From Fistulifera solaris (lineage: Eukaryota): DNA of 64,000 bases. Positions 49,982 to 61,849 of this stretch are shown in pieces; position 1 is the stretch's first letter; each line of letters begins with the position of its first letter. The notes under the pieces were generated by a model. It saw only the letters and a program-made list of their open reading frames with translations. It was not told where the DNA came from and ran no database searches. A program made the position numbers and the translations under genes. The stretch covers positions 496,001-560,000 of the forward strand of contig AP026123.1 of NCBI GenBank assembly GCA_030295235.1. Reading direction: 5' to 3'.

Positions 49982-50851
49982 ATGATGGCATCGGACAAAA
50001 GAACAGAAAACGATTGCCACCATGACAAGCCAACGACCATCTCATCATTCACACGAAATGAAGCCTTTCTCGGCAACAACGGTAGTAAACATGAGGCCTT
50101 TAACATGGTTGAATTACGTCTTTGGCTACGGCTCATTGATTTGTTCCAAAAGTCGTAGTCTCACGGCCCCGGAAACATTGGACCGTGAAGTCACGCCCGT
50201 GCTCGTGCATGGATTGGAACGAACGTGGGCGAAACGGAGTGCAACAGGAATGACAGCCATGGGAGTTCGTTTCCAGGAGGGTGCCGAGTGCGTCGGAGTT
50301 TTCCTGCCGCTGACGGATGCGGAGCTGCTGCAATTCGATGAACGCGAAAAGGGTATGACCGCATGCCGTTGCGACCTGCCGATGTCGAACCCGTTCCTTT
50401 TCTAAATCCGAAACACTATCAAGGAAAACAGCAACAACAGTTTCTTCGGTTGATCAAAGAGCGTCCGGATGATGTTTGTCTGTGGGTATACGTGCAACAA
50501 GAAAATCAATATCCGACACCCGAGCATCCGATCGTCCAGACCTATGTCGACACGATATTGCGAGGTTGCTTGAGTATATCGGACGAGTTTGCGACTGAAT
50601 TTATCAAAAACACCAAAGGGTGGCATCCGGAGGAGATACCGGCGTTGGATGACGAGTCTGTTATTAGCTCATCGGACTCGGAGGATGACGGAATTGTTAT
50701 GTTCGAGCCGAGTTGGATAGACGACCGCGACGACCCGGTTTATATTCGAGGAGATCCCACATACTCACGCCAAAACTCCGACGATCTTGATCAGCTTTTG
50801 AAGAAACACCGACCTGGTCATTTTCGACATCGAAGATCCAAAAGTGCATAG
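49982..50851 (+). CDS. Gamma-glutamylcyclotransferase-fold (GGCT/ChaC-like) protein
   Basis: NYVFGYGSLI, GLERTW, ELLQFDEREKG(Y), PIVQTYVDTILRGCL, FIKNTKGW. Frameshifts at ~50107 and ~50352. Confidence 0.7.
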
Positions 50852-52627
50852 ACGTTCGTTCTGGTGTTAGATGCTTATCTTGCACGCGCTTAAATCATTA
50901 CTCAGCTATAAAGATAAACAATAGAAATTTACTACCATTGCGCATTTGCTTTAAGATGCCGTAGGACCTGATCTTGCACTAGGCGACATAGATAGAGAAT
51001 ACTGTCGTGAATAGGGTCAGGAGATAATCAACTTCGTAGCGTTGCTATGAATGACCCGAGAGGAGGCGCGTCGTTGGGTCCACACGGATCACTACGCTTC
51101 ACCGTCAAATGCTGCCTCGCGCTTTGCCGTTTGGACATTAGAAGCGATCAATCACTCGCAATAGTCCGTCGATGCAGTCTCGGTGCTGGCGGCGACCCCA
51201 ACGTTACACCCGCAAATCCGTAATCTTTGCCGCAAAAAAGTATTGATGGACACAGTAACCAGTAACAATAGCACATGCAGACAGTTTCCATTACTTGCAC
51301 CGCTTCGCTTTGCGTGGTCCGATATCACTCACCTTTCAAAGAATGAGTCTCTCAGCTAGGTTCGCACCGAAACACGTGGCTGTTGATGCCGAACACACAG
51401 CATTCCATCGATGCTGCATTGACATCACATCTAACGACCACCAATTATAAATATTCTTGGATTTTGCATTGTCGAGGTCCCTTGTTTATCGAAAGGGGTA
51501 ATAAACAAAGATGACCGGAGCTGAAATTGTGGGACTATCACGGCCTTCCGTCTCGCCCGGTCAAACACCAATCGACCACCAAATGTCCCTTGTTTTTGCC
51601 GCATTTAACACTAATGCGAATTGTGCTGATACTAATGTCGACCGCCACGTTATCGGGTGAAATGACGCGATGTTGGCACCTCTTTGATCCGTACCATCAA
51701 ACGTCCCCAGTCTTTTTGCTGCGAAGAACGCAGGATGCTGCACCTAAAGTGAAGAAGTAGCACACCCTTGCGATGACCCCGTTCCGCACTATTTGGTTTA
51801 CTTTGCTGGATTCCATAAAGAACCATTAATGTGTCCCGAAACATTAGTACCCATCATCATTCCTACAATGTACTGCAAGTCTGAACTTCACTTGTACTGA
51901 ACCCGCAACAAGGGGAAATTGTTACTTCCGAGAAAGTTGATTGCCATGTAATGTATTTACGAGATAAAGTTTGGCTGCGTGTGTTTCAGTCTTTCACGTG
52001 GCTTTGCTCTTTTCTGGCACTTGATTGAAGAACGACGCAACATACCAAATGCCGCCGATTTCTGATTGAATGCAATATCGATAGGACAAAAATAGACCGT
52101 TGATTGATGCTTGACAATCGTAGATCACCGCGATGAGCGAGTTATGTCACTTTCACCAATGAATTGACTGTCACGCTTTGTGGGTCGACGAGTGTCGATG
52201 ATATTTTCGAATCAAGCAGTAAAAACAGTAGAATGAGCGCCTATGGCGTCCTTTTCGTCATCAAGCCATCTTATTGAGTAAGAATGATAATATACATCAA
52301 GGAAATGCCAAGAATTGAAAGATTTCCCGTCCCAAAATCGATTGTTGCGATCGAATGAAGAGAATGCAAAAATGGGCCAAAAATCATGGGCAACCCCCTT
52401 TGCATTTTGGAGCAAAAATTCACGGTTTATTACACTACCTGTATAAAGTACATTTGAGAGCGATGTGCGTCTATAAGTAGGCTCGCGCTCGGAGCGGTAC
52501 TTCGCATATGCGACATGTCGGAGCGCGTATCAAAAAAATGCCTCAGGACGCACGGACAGACTGGACCCTCTTTCAGGATTCGTGACTGACACACCTTTCT
52601 TCCGGGACACGTGTTACGTATGCAAGC

Positions 52628-52690
52628 TGACGTCAGTTGAAGATAATAAACAGTAGGATAGGTTACGTCATCATTTTACTCGTTTGACGT
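52628..52690 (+). promoter_or_regulatory. Cluster of CRE/CCRE-like bZIP sites upstream of the bestrophin
   Basis: TGACGTCA 52628-52635, ACGTCA 52665-52670, TGACGT 52685-52690, 140-200 bp before the ATG at 52831. Confidence 0.6.
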
Positions 52691-52830
52691 TTGACTTCGC
52701 CGAAAACGAACACAAAACAAAACAAACAAAAACCTTCCTTGACAAAAACATCATTTGTTTCATGCGACTTGTTAAAAGAATCGCCACCTTAAATTGAAAC
52801 CTTACCATTTCACTTCAAATACAGAGAAAC

Positions 52831-54300
52831 ATGATGCTACGATTGAGTAACGCCGTCTTTGCGTTGATTGCACTCGCTTCGGTGTCGCAAGGCAGCGCCT
52901 TTGCCCCGTCCTCGACATCATCACGCGTCGACACTGCACTTTTCGGAAATACCCAATCGCCTCCTCCGATCCCGATGCCGAAAGCTATTTCGTATGGAGA
53001 AGAGAGTCGAAAATACCGTCGCACTGTGTTTACTCATGATGATTGGGTAAAACATCGCTCTCCAGAGCGCTTTGTTCGTAACTTGAGTTCCATTTGGTCA
53101 TCGGGTGTCTACAAGAATCTTGCCAATGAAGTCATGGCTACCACTGGAGTTGCTACATTTGTTGTCCTCTACAATGCGTTAGTCGGAGGTTACACTGATT
53201 TTAGTGGAGTAGCTCACGCTGCGCCTATTCAAGGACTCATGCAAGTCGGCCTGCCTTTGGCTCCCTTCACTCTTTCCAGTCCTTCTCTCGGTCTTCTTCT
53301 CGGTACGTTTCGTTTATGATTACAACGACGACGATGATTCATTCACATGTCAACTCACACCAATTTCTACCAACATTTCAGTTTTCCGAACGAACACCTC
53401 TTACCAACGATGGGACGAGGCACGAAAAAATTGGGGGTAAGTACTGCATGTTTTTGCGAAAACCTTGTCACCTTCTTTCTGTGCTGTCGGCTTTATTTGA
53501 TTTCTTGAGCTCGTCTAACACACATTGCATTCTTATTCAACTAGAATGAACATCAACCACACTCGTGATCTTGTGCGTATGGGAACAGCCATGTACGATC
53601 GACAAGGCGTATCTCCCGAAAAGGTGGAAAAAGATTTGAAAACTCTCAGCTTGTGCACTTGGGCCTTTGTTCGTGCCATGAAACGTCATTTGTCTCCCGA
53701 AAGCGAAGATGAAGAAGCATTCAAACGTGAGTTGTACGAGAAGCTTCCGTCGGCTCAAGCGGAAGCCATTATTAAAGCAGCGCATCGACCCAACCGAGCC
53801 TTGTTTGATCTATCGCTCGCAATCGAGAATTTGAACATGCACTTTATGCGAAAGAACGAGATTCACAAGGCTGCCACTATCTTTGAGGACAACCTCGGAA
53901 GCAGTGAACGTTTGCTCACTTCTCCGGTGCCACTTTTCTACTCTCGCCATTTGGCACGATTCTTGTCACTGTGGTTGCTTCTCATTCCATTTGCTTTGTA
54001 CGATACACTGGGGGTACCTGGAATCATGTAGGTCTCATTCCCACCACGGCCGTTCTTTCCACGTTCTTGTTCGGTATCGAGGAGCTCGCCGCACAGATGG
54101 AGGAGCCTTTCACTATTCTTCCTATGCAAGCCTTTTGTGACAAAATCGGAAACTGGTGCAATGAAATTGTTTCGTGGTCCCCCGGTGACAATGGAATGGA
54201 AGTCACTATTCCATCTGCAGTTGAACAAGATCATGTCGTAGAAGAGATGATGGTGGCGAACGGTAGCACCGTCCCAGTCTTCGTAAAGTCTTGGGCTTGA
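52831..54300 (+). CDS. Plastid (thylakoid) bestrophin-like anion/bicarbonate channel (BST/VCCN1/YneE family)
   Basis: Bipartite presequence GSA|FAP; ESRKYRRTVFTHDDWVKHRS, LGLLL|VFRTNTSYQRWDEARKNWG, SSERLLTSPVPLFYSRH, GIEELAAQMEEPF. Introns 53303-53381 and 53437-53544; frameshift at the G run 54010-54014. Confidence 0.93.
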
Positions 54301-56159
54301 AAAAGTAGATCTATTATGATGATGTACTTTGCTCATTCGTACGCTAGTCTCATGTTTATTAAAGCTGTACTAACCTGTCCTTTACTAGTTGGCTGACCAA
54401 CTCGGCCTGAAATGTCCCGTGCGATGCAATGCTCCCCCATACTCTTTTCTTTTTAAGGGCGGCCGATGAATATAATTTAATTCAGAACCGGACGTAGTAA
54501 AGGGATTCAGAAGACAGATTTGTCTTTTTCTTGAAAGAGGACGGCGATGATGACGACGTAGCGAGAAAGGTGTTTCGATCTCGAATCATGATGCAGTTTC
54601 AAGAATCCCATAGTATTGAATCGTACACCGATGGAACTTTTCTGCATTGCCGAAAGCGCGTTGTCGAAGGACGTTCTGTATCGCTCAGATCGTCACTGCC
54701 TTCGTCAGTGAGCAGATCCAGCAAACGAACCATTCAAATTTTCGCGGAGTCCTATCACAATAACATCTGCATTTTTTGAGTAGCCGCCTGAAAGAAGGCT
54801 AGTAAGGGCAACATGTGCCTTACTTTCGCTCCATTGTTCCATTTGTGTCCGTGCGACGAAAAGTCCATGTAGAAACAACACTTTCGCGGCTCGCCTTTTG
54901 CACACCTGTAACCCACACAAAGGGAAATGTTTTGGTTACTTTCCCATTTTACGTTATGATAGTTGTTGGCAATAGAATCGGTCGGAACGTCGAGACCATA
55001 ATGAAAGCGGCGTGGCGTCTTTGCGAGAAAACCGTGTCCCGTGAATAGTTGACTACAGTCTATGTGAGTGTCAGTCCTTTCACTCTCTGAGTCACGAGTC
55101 TGAAAATGGGCCCAGTCTGTCCGTGTGTCCTCTGCGACATTTCACGAGCACACTGCGACATGACCTTTCTTTCGAGTACCGTTCCGAATTTTCCTTTACA
55201 GTTAAAGCTTATAAAGGAGCTTTTGTACTTTAAAAATCTACTGTGTTCAAACCGTGTTCTTTGGTCCAAAATGCAAGGGGGTTGCCCATGAATTTTGGCC
55301 CATTATTTTCACCTTCATTTCATGCGGTCGAACGACTTTTTGGAAGCATTTTGCCATCTCCTCGTAAAATAATCGGCAGTCCGGATGTAGATAGTAACGC
55401 AGACACGTCGACGCAAAAGCGCACAGAAAGTCAACAATAATGGGTATATTTAGATGTTCTTAGACACCAAAATCGCAGGGTCGATGTCTTACAAGAGTTA
55501 AATATCCAAGCCAACGCAACCCAATTCACCCATGTCGATCGGCTCGTCCGGATGTTCGACCAGGTTCTAGAGCAACGAAGCCGTTCACGCAATTTACAAC
55601 CAAATTCTGATAGCTCGCGCTTTGCCACTCGGGTAGCTGCTTGATTTGTGAATACTTTGTGGGTAATAAACCTCTAGTTCAAAAGTGGATGCAACGAAGC
55701 AAAGTCTTTCTATCTTACTGGAAGGGTATCGATCGAGACAAGCGAGAATTGTGTGTCGGAGATGCAATCCATTTGTGTGTACTCGAGAAATGCGAAGACG
55801 CTTAGGTCGGTTGTCAAATACGGTATGCGCCGATTTAGAAACACGGGCCTTTTGATGAAAACTGAAACACAGGAATGATCGAGGTTGTGCTGTCACGAAC
55901 CGCTATCATCGGAGACGAATAATGCGTATCAATCTTAAGGAACTTCTCTGCAAGTCAGACACCGACAAGTTACCTGACACACATGATATTGGCACCACGA
56001 TGCAATCACTAGTTGTCGAAACCTATCAGCGCAGGCAACAACGAAGATATATCGCGATTCGGGACAAGTTCGTCGATTTGTGGCCAGGTTGGAAGCGACG
56101 GCCGATGAATGGATCGCGAGTCCAGTCTTGCCCATTACCACAATGCGACGATATTTATA

Positions 56160-58370
56160 TACATGATCCTGGATTAAGTTTCTTGAACAACCACAGAGTC
56201 TATGTTTGATCCCAATTATCGATTCCAGAATATCTGGAACGACAACCGAACAGAATTTCTGTTTGATCCAAAGCTTCGATTCCAGGATTTCTGGAATTAA
56301 CACAGAATCTCTGTTTGACCCAAATACTACAATTCCAGAAATTCTGGAACGACCCCAGAATGTCTGTTAAACCCGAAACCGAGTCCCGAATTTCTGGAAC
56401 GACCCCAGGATTTCTGTAAGAACCGCTGTTTGGTTTTTAAATATCCTTTTTCCTGATTCCAGAAATTCTGGAATCGGTATTTCGGTCACACAGAAATTCT
56501 GCGATGGGTCCAGATATTCTGGACCCGAGTGCATTGGCGCGAACACAAGTTCTGCGAGACTTCCAGATATTATGGATAGGGTGACGGGAATGGCACCGAG
56601 ATCCTGTGCACGTTGTGAATAATTCGCGACCGGGGCTTTCCGTCCGACAATGATTTTGTGCATTTTCCAGAAATTCTGGAATCGGTGTTTTGCGTCGTGC
56701 AGACATTCCGTGAGACTTCCAGATATTTTGGATAAGGTGCTTTGCGTCGCACAAAGCGTTTGTGCACGTTCCAGAAGTTCTGGAATCGGTGTTTGGGTTT
56801 TAGATATCCTTTTTCCTAATTCCAGAAATTCTGGAATCGGAATTTCGGTCACACAGAAATTCTGCGATGGGTCCAGATATTCTGGATCCGAGTGCATTGG
56901 CGCGAACACAAGTTCTGCGAGACTTCCAGATATTATGGATTAGGTGACGGGAATGGCACAGAGATCTTGTGCACGTTACGAATAATTCGCGACCGGGGCT
57001 TTCCGTCCGACAATGATTTTGTGCATTTTCCAGAAATTCTGGAATCGGTGTTTTGCGTCGTGCAGACATTCCGTGAGACTTCCAGATATTTTTGGATAAG
57101 GTGCTTTGCGTCGCACAAAGCGTTTGTGCACGTTCCAGAAGTTCTGGAATCGGTGTTTGGGTTTTAGATATCCTTTTTCCTAATTCCAGAAATTCTGGAA
57201 TCGGAATTTCGGTCACACAGAAATTCTGCGATGGGTCCAGATATTCTGGATCCGAGTGCATTGGCGCGAACACAAGTTCTGCGAGACTTCCAGATATTAT
57301 GGATTAGGTGACGGGAATGGCACCGAGATCCTGTGCACGTTGTGAATACTTCGCGACCGGGGCTTTCCGTCCGACAATGATTTTGTGCATTTTCCAGAAA
57401 TTCTGGAATCGGTGTTTTGCGTCGTGCAGACATTCCGTGAGACTTCCAGATATTTTGGATAAGGTGCTTTGCGTCGCACAAAGCGTTTGTGCACGTTCCA
57501 GAAGTTCTGGAATCGGTGTTTGGGTTTTAGATATCCTTTTTCCTAATTCCAGAAATTCTGGAATCGGAATTTCGGTCACACAGAAATTCTGCGATGGGTC
57601 CAGATATTCTGGATCCGAGTGCATTGGCGCGAACACAAGTTCTGCGAGACTTCCAGATATTATGGATTAGGTGACGGGAATGGCACAGAGATCTTGTGCA
57701 CGTTGTAAATACTTCGCGACCTGGGCTTTCCGTCGGAATTTCTGGAACGACCAAGAAAATCTGTTGGAATCAAAGATAGATTCCAGAATGTCTGGAACGA
57801 CCACAGACTTTCTGATGACCCAATACAACTAATCCAGAATTTCTGAAACGGACACAGAATCTCTCTATGATCCAAAACATAGATTCTAGAATTTCTTGAA
57901 CGACCCCAGAATCTCTGTTTGACCCAAAACAGCATTTCCAGAATTTCTGGAACGGGCACTGTATCTCTGTATATAACCCAAAACAACGGGTCCAGAATTT
58001 CCGAGCGACCACAGAATCTCTGTTGGTTCCAAAACACACTTTCCAGAGTTTTTGGAACGACCACAGAATCTCTGGTTGATCCAAAGCTTCGATTCCAGAA
58101 TTTCTGGAACGATCACAGAATCTTTGTTTGACCCAAAACAATTCCAGAATTTTTGGAGTGAGCACAGAATCTATGTTTGACGCAAACCATGGGACCAAAA
58201 TCTCTGGAACTACCACAGAATCTCTGTTTGTTCTAAACTATAGATTCCAGAATTCCTGGAACGACCACAGACTTTCGTATGACCCAAATTACCGATTCCA
58301 GAATTTCTGGAACGACCATAGAATCGTTGTTTGACCGCAAGCATTTTCTAATCTACACAGAATCTCTTTT
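56160..58370. repeat. ~60-bp satellite with palindromic core ttccagaa(a/t)ttctggaa; central homogeneous 363/364-bp higher-order repeat (~3.6 copies, ~56430-57733)
   Basis: ttccagaaattctggaatcgg.atttcggtcacacag recurs at ~56457, 56820, 57184, 57547. Flanks consist of diverged gattccagaatttctggaacgaccacagaatctctgtttgacccaaa monomers. Confidence 0.95.
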
Positions 58371-58734
58371 ATCCTTATGTCGCCAGACACCGATGATTCC
58401 AATTTTGTTTCATCAATAATACGGAGTAGAAATCTAGACCTAGAGTCTACTCCAGGGTAAAGGGTTACCAGGTTCAAGTACAAGTACTGTAATTGTATTC
58501 CATGCCCTATTAACCTTAACTTTTCCGCCTCTCACGGGCGCCTGCCACAATCGTCGACGTTAAGTAAGGTTCTACGTAATAGATTGTATTCGCTTATCAA
58601 GACTGGATTGTAGATTGTATCACGAGTCACTTTTTCGTTTTTTTTTAGAGATCGCATTTTTTGCATTCATTCGCTTCTATTATCCTCGATCCATCCTTCC
58701 ATATGCTAAGTTATCTTTCTTATAGTATCAAACC

Positions 58735-59433
58735 ATGATGTGTAAATCAAAGAAGACGACAGAGGCTCACGAAATCGCCATACTGCGCAATTCGTTTTAT
58801 CCGCCAACGAAACAATGTGGCCATTGGGCTCCTCTTACGGAGATGGTCGATCAAATGCATCGTCAAGGGTTCTCACTCAAATGTCCTCATTGCGGTGAGT
58901 CTGTTCTGTTTATCAAAGACTCCTCTGCATCGAAAAAGAGCCTAGAAGATGAGACTGTTACCTTCAAGTTCGGAAAGATTGTCTTTCTTCTGAGTGTCCC
59001 AGGAGGAGCGAACACGGCGCCGATGGGATGGCTGGAACGTGGCCTTCAGTTACTTCACATTCGTCCGTATCGATTCACGGCCCAAGCCCGAATCGCCGAC
59101 GCTCTTCAATTGGATGTGTCATCCATGAAAATTTTATCCAAGGGAAAAATAGTCTTTTCATCATCGTCTCCTACAAAAAGTGACATCTTTCATGATTTTG
59201 CCATTTCACAAACAATAACCGATGAAGATGCGCTTGTCAACAGGAGCCCTCGTCTTTTAGTCATGGGGACACCACGAGGCGTTATATCACCGAAAGTATC
59301 ATCGGTCATGGATCGTATCCGCAATATCTCGGTGTACGATCTACTTGAATGGACGGTACGTTCACTTTTCCATTTCGGAGCGGGTTTGATCCGATTTCTA
59401 TTCCTCGGAAAATCGACGAACAAGCAGGACTAG
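58735..59433 (+). CDS. Hypothetical protein with CxxC motif, possible ubiquitin-like segment and C-terminal hydrophobic helix
   Basis: 232-aa ATG ORF with CGHW...CPHCG, MKILSKGKIV...LLVMGTP and a hydrophobic tail. Confidence 0.55.
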   Translation: MMCKSKKTTEAHEIAILRNSFYPPTKQCGHWAPLTEMVDQMHRQGFSLKCPHCGESVLFIKDSSASKKSLEDETVTFKFGKIVFLLSVPGGANTAPMGWLERGLQLLHIRPYRFTAQARIADALQLDVSSMKILSKGKIVFSSSSPTKSDIFHDFAISQTITDEDALVNRSPRLLVMGTPRGVISPKVSSVMDRIRNISVYDLLEWTVRSLFHFGAGLIRFLFLGKSTNKQD

Positions 59434-59466
59434 TTCGATCAAGTCAAAATGCTGTTATTTGTTACG

Positions 59467-61695
59467 CTACGAAAGATGCGGCTTCAAAACAGTATTCAAA
59501 ATCAGGGGAATGATCGACCCTTGCGGATGGGATGATTGGGACGGATTGCCCGTCAATACTTCATTTGCCGTTTGACTTTTCGACTCCAGCAACGCGTCAA
59601 TCTTTTCATCCAAATCAAATGCGGATATCCAGATGCTCTTTACGGGCCGCGTTTGTCCGATCCGTCGTACACGATCTTCGGCTTGATTCGCTTCACCCGG
59701 AGTCCATGGTCTGTCGACAAGAACAATAGTACACGCCGCGGTGAGTGTTAAACCGACTCCACCGGCACCAAAGGTGCTCACAAAGACCGGAGAGAGGCCT
59801 TTTTGAAAATTATCGACCATATCTTGGCGTTTCTTCGCCGGAGTTTCTCCCGTCAAAAGCTCGGCATTCCAACCCGACTCCATCAGCTTCTTGTGTATAG
59901 TCTTCGCCACTTCGACAAAACTCGTGAATACAACAATCGCGGCTTCTTGATTTAAAACGGCAAGAGACAACTCGATGGCGGCGTCCGTCTTGGCCAGAGA
60001 GCTTACCATCCGTAACCTTTGGGTAGCTCCGAGTACAGCATCGTTCCCAACAGCCGACCTCGAATCCATAGTTGCTTTGTATATTTTGGCGAGCTCATTC
60101 AAGGCTCTATCGTGCTGAGCTTGCATTCGGCTACTGACTGGAACCTTTTTAACTATTCGAGTCTGAGGTGGTAGCTCTTTGAGACATGTCTCTTTGGATA
60201 AATAAAGCAGATGGGACTGTGATAACTCCCTCAACTGCGAAACGTTGGATGAGCCGGTGGCAGTCCAAATAACAGGTCCATTGCCAAGGCGTATCTCCTT
60301 CCCTGCACAAAAGTGAGTCTCGTACATGCGTTGATTTCTTCCTAGCGGATGGCGCACAGCTTTCAATAGCGGGAAAAGGTTCGATGGTTTTCCATTCTTC
60401 ATGGGAGTTCCAGTCAACAGTAAAACTCCAACACAGGACGGCGACTCCATGAGATGTAGAGCATTCTTTGTCCGCGCCGCTTGCATACTTTGCATCGTGT
60501 GCGCTTCATCCGCCACAACGACAAATTTCGATGCGTTCACTTTGTCGGGAACTTTGGCCCACGAAACGATAATAACATCATTGTTGACAAACTCGCGATC
60601 CGACTCGCCATCCGCGACAGATAAACCGGTTGCTTCTTCCCCCGTACGTTTCCATTCTTTTTTGAGTGATACAGGGCAAATAATTACGACTTTCAAACCC
60701 TCCATGGTACGCACAAATGACTTGGCCCATACACAACCGATAAGTGTTTTCCCAAGGCCCATATCGAGGGCTAAAATCATTCGTCGCATTAATATTCCGC
60801 ATAGTATCGCTTTTCTCTGATGAGGAAATAGGGTCCATCCGTTCAGTAGCGGTGCCGACAGAGCAGCGTTCGAAACAAGTGTACTTCGATAGGAATCCTC
60901 AACGGGTGCTGTCGACTTTGGATCAAATCGAAGGTGTGGGGGAAGCGAGGCTTGTCGAGGATCTAGTAGGGGCTGTTCTTCTCTCCTAGAGTTTTGCACT
61001 GTACTTAACGAACAGTTACCATTTTGCGTATTCAATATTTGGTTTTGAGAAGCTGTGGACGCTGCGGGTTTCATCCACGCGTCGGGGCGCAATGTCGTCA
61101 GTGTGTCTCGGTCGCATAACTTTTGATGTTTCGGTTGAGGCTGAGTACTCGATTCACGGCTTTCTTCCTGTCCTCGGGATCTCACTACCTTTGTTGGAGA
61201 GTATGGGTTCGTACACTGACCCGTACGGCTCGTATTTGCCAGTGCATGTTGTGTTTGATTGAGCGAAAGCGAAGAGCAAGGATTGACAGATTCGAAGCGA
61301 GAAGACGCGGTTGAAGGACTTGGAAGCTCTTTTGCACCCTGTATGTTTTGTTGTGCATGATGAGAAGACGAAAGCGGGTTGACGTTGCCAAAGGATCGAT
61401 CGGAGCGCGCATTTGCTTGTTCATTAACAGAAAACTGGGTTCGTTCCGTCAAACTACTTCCGCTTACAGTTCCCTGACTTCCATTGCTACATTCAACAGC
61501 ATCAACAAGTCGCGAAGCAGCATCCCAGTCAATGTCACAATCGAATGGATCACTCTCTGGCTGTTTATTGTTGCTTGTTATTAACGTTTCGGTGCGATTC
61601 ACCTGATTTTGGGGAGGAGCATCCCATGGTCGGTTCGGTCGCTTGTTCTGCGCTGATGCGTGATTCGCGTACGGATTTGAAAGTCCCGGCGCCAT
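59467..61695 (-). CDS. SNF2-family helicase, SMARCAL1/ZRANB3-like
   Basis: LALDMGLGKT (motif I), ADEAH (II), LTGTP (III), GVGLTLTAA, WTPGEANQAEDRVRRIGQ (VI); intact 742-aa ORF. Confidence 0.9.
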   Translation of the reverse strand: MAPGLSNPYANHASAQNKRPNRPWDAPPQNQVNRTETLITSNNKQPESDPFDCDIDWDAASRLVDAVECSNGSQGTVSGSSLTERTQFSVNEQANARSDRSFGNVNPLSSSHHAQQNIQGAKELPSPSTASSRFESVNPCSSLSLNQTQHALANTSRTGQCTNPYSPTKVVRSRGQEESRESSTQPQPKHQKLCDRDTLTTLRPDAWMKPAASTASQNQILNTQNGNCSLSTVQNSRREEQPLLDPRQASLPPHLRFDPKSTAPVEDSYRSTLVSNAALSAPLLNGWTLFPHQRKAILCGILMRRMILALDMGLGKTLIGCVWAKSFVRTMEGLKVVIICPVSLKKEWKRTGEEATGLSVADGESDREFVNNDVIIVSWAKVPDKVNASKFVVVADEAHTMQSMQAARTKNALHLMESPSCVGVLLLTGTPMKNGKPSNLFPLLKAVRHPLGRNQRMYETHFCAGKEIRLGNGPVIWTATGSSNVSQLRELSQSHLLYLSKETCLKELPPQTRIVKKVPVSSRMQAQHDRALNELAKIYKATMDSRSAVGNDAVLGATQRLRMVSSLAKTDAAIELSLAVLNQEAAIVVFTSFVEVAKTIHKKLMESGWNAELLTGETPAKKRQDMVDNFQKGLSPVFVSTFGAGGVGLTLTAACTIVLVDRPWTPGEANQAEDRVRRIGQTRPVKSIWISAFDLDEKIDALLESKSQTANEVLTGNPSQSSHPQGSIIPLILNTVLKPHLS

Positions 61696-61849
61696 TTTTG
61701 ATAGAAACAGAACAAATCTTTGTATTTAACAAGCTTTCTAGTTGCATGATTATTGAAGGAATGAATAGTGCAAGCAATAATTCATTCGGAAACGATGAGC
61801 ATCGGAAGACGAGCGAAGAGCGTTGCGCGCTTCCAACCTGGTACTGGTA

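Noticed and set aside
50940..51460. Possible small spliced gene on the minus strand (aggtgagt donor-like site at ~51330)
   Set aside because: All three frames upstream of the donor contain stops; no coherent model.
849..54300. Pervasive frameshifts in conserved genes (Rad1, DnaJ, SPX-MFS, MTO1, exportin, kinesin, bestrophin) suggesting programmed frameshifting, RNA editing or mass pseudogenisation
   Set aside because: The breaks I traced sit mostly in G/C/A homopolymer runs and are fixed by adding one base, while catalytic motifs stay intact. This is the signature of unpolished long-read errors; short-read polishing would confirm it.
55430..56160. Possible transposase or gene relic next to the satellite
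   Set aside because: Only short ORFs with no motif I can recognise; needs a translated search.
56367..58334. Repetitive ORFs (IPEFLE, FQKFW, SRNSG) in all six frames
   Set aside because: By-products of a stop-poor palindromic satellite; no preferred frame or strand.
56160..58370. CRISPR-like appearance (palindromic repeat every ~60 bp)
   Set aside because: The intervening sequences are homologous to each other and repeat in blocks rather than being unique spacers; no cas genes; eukaryotic context.
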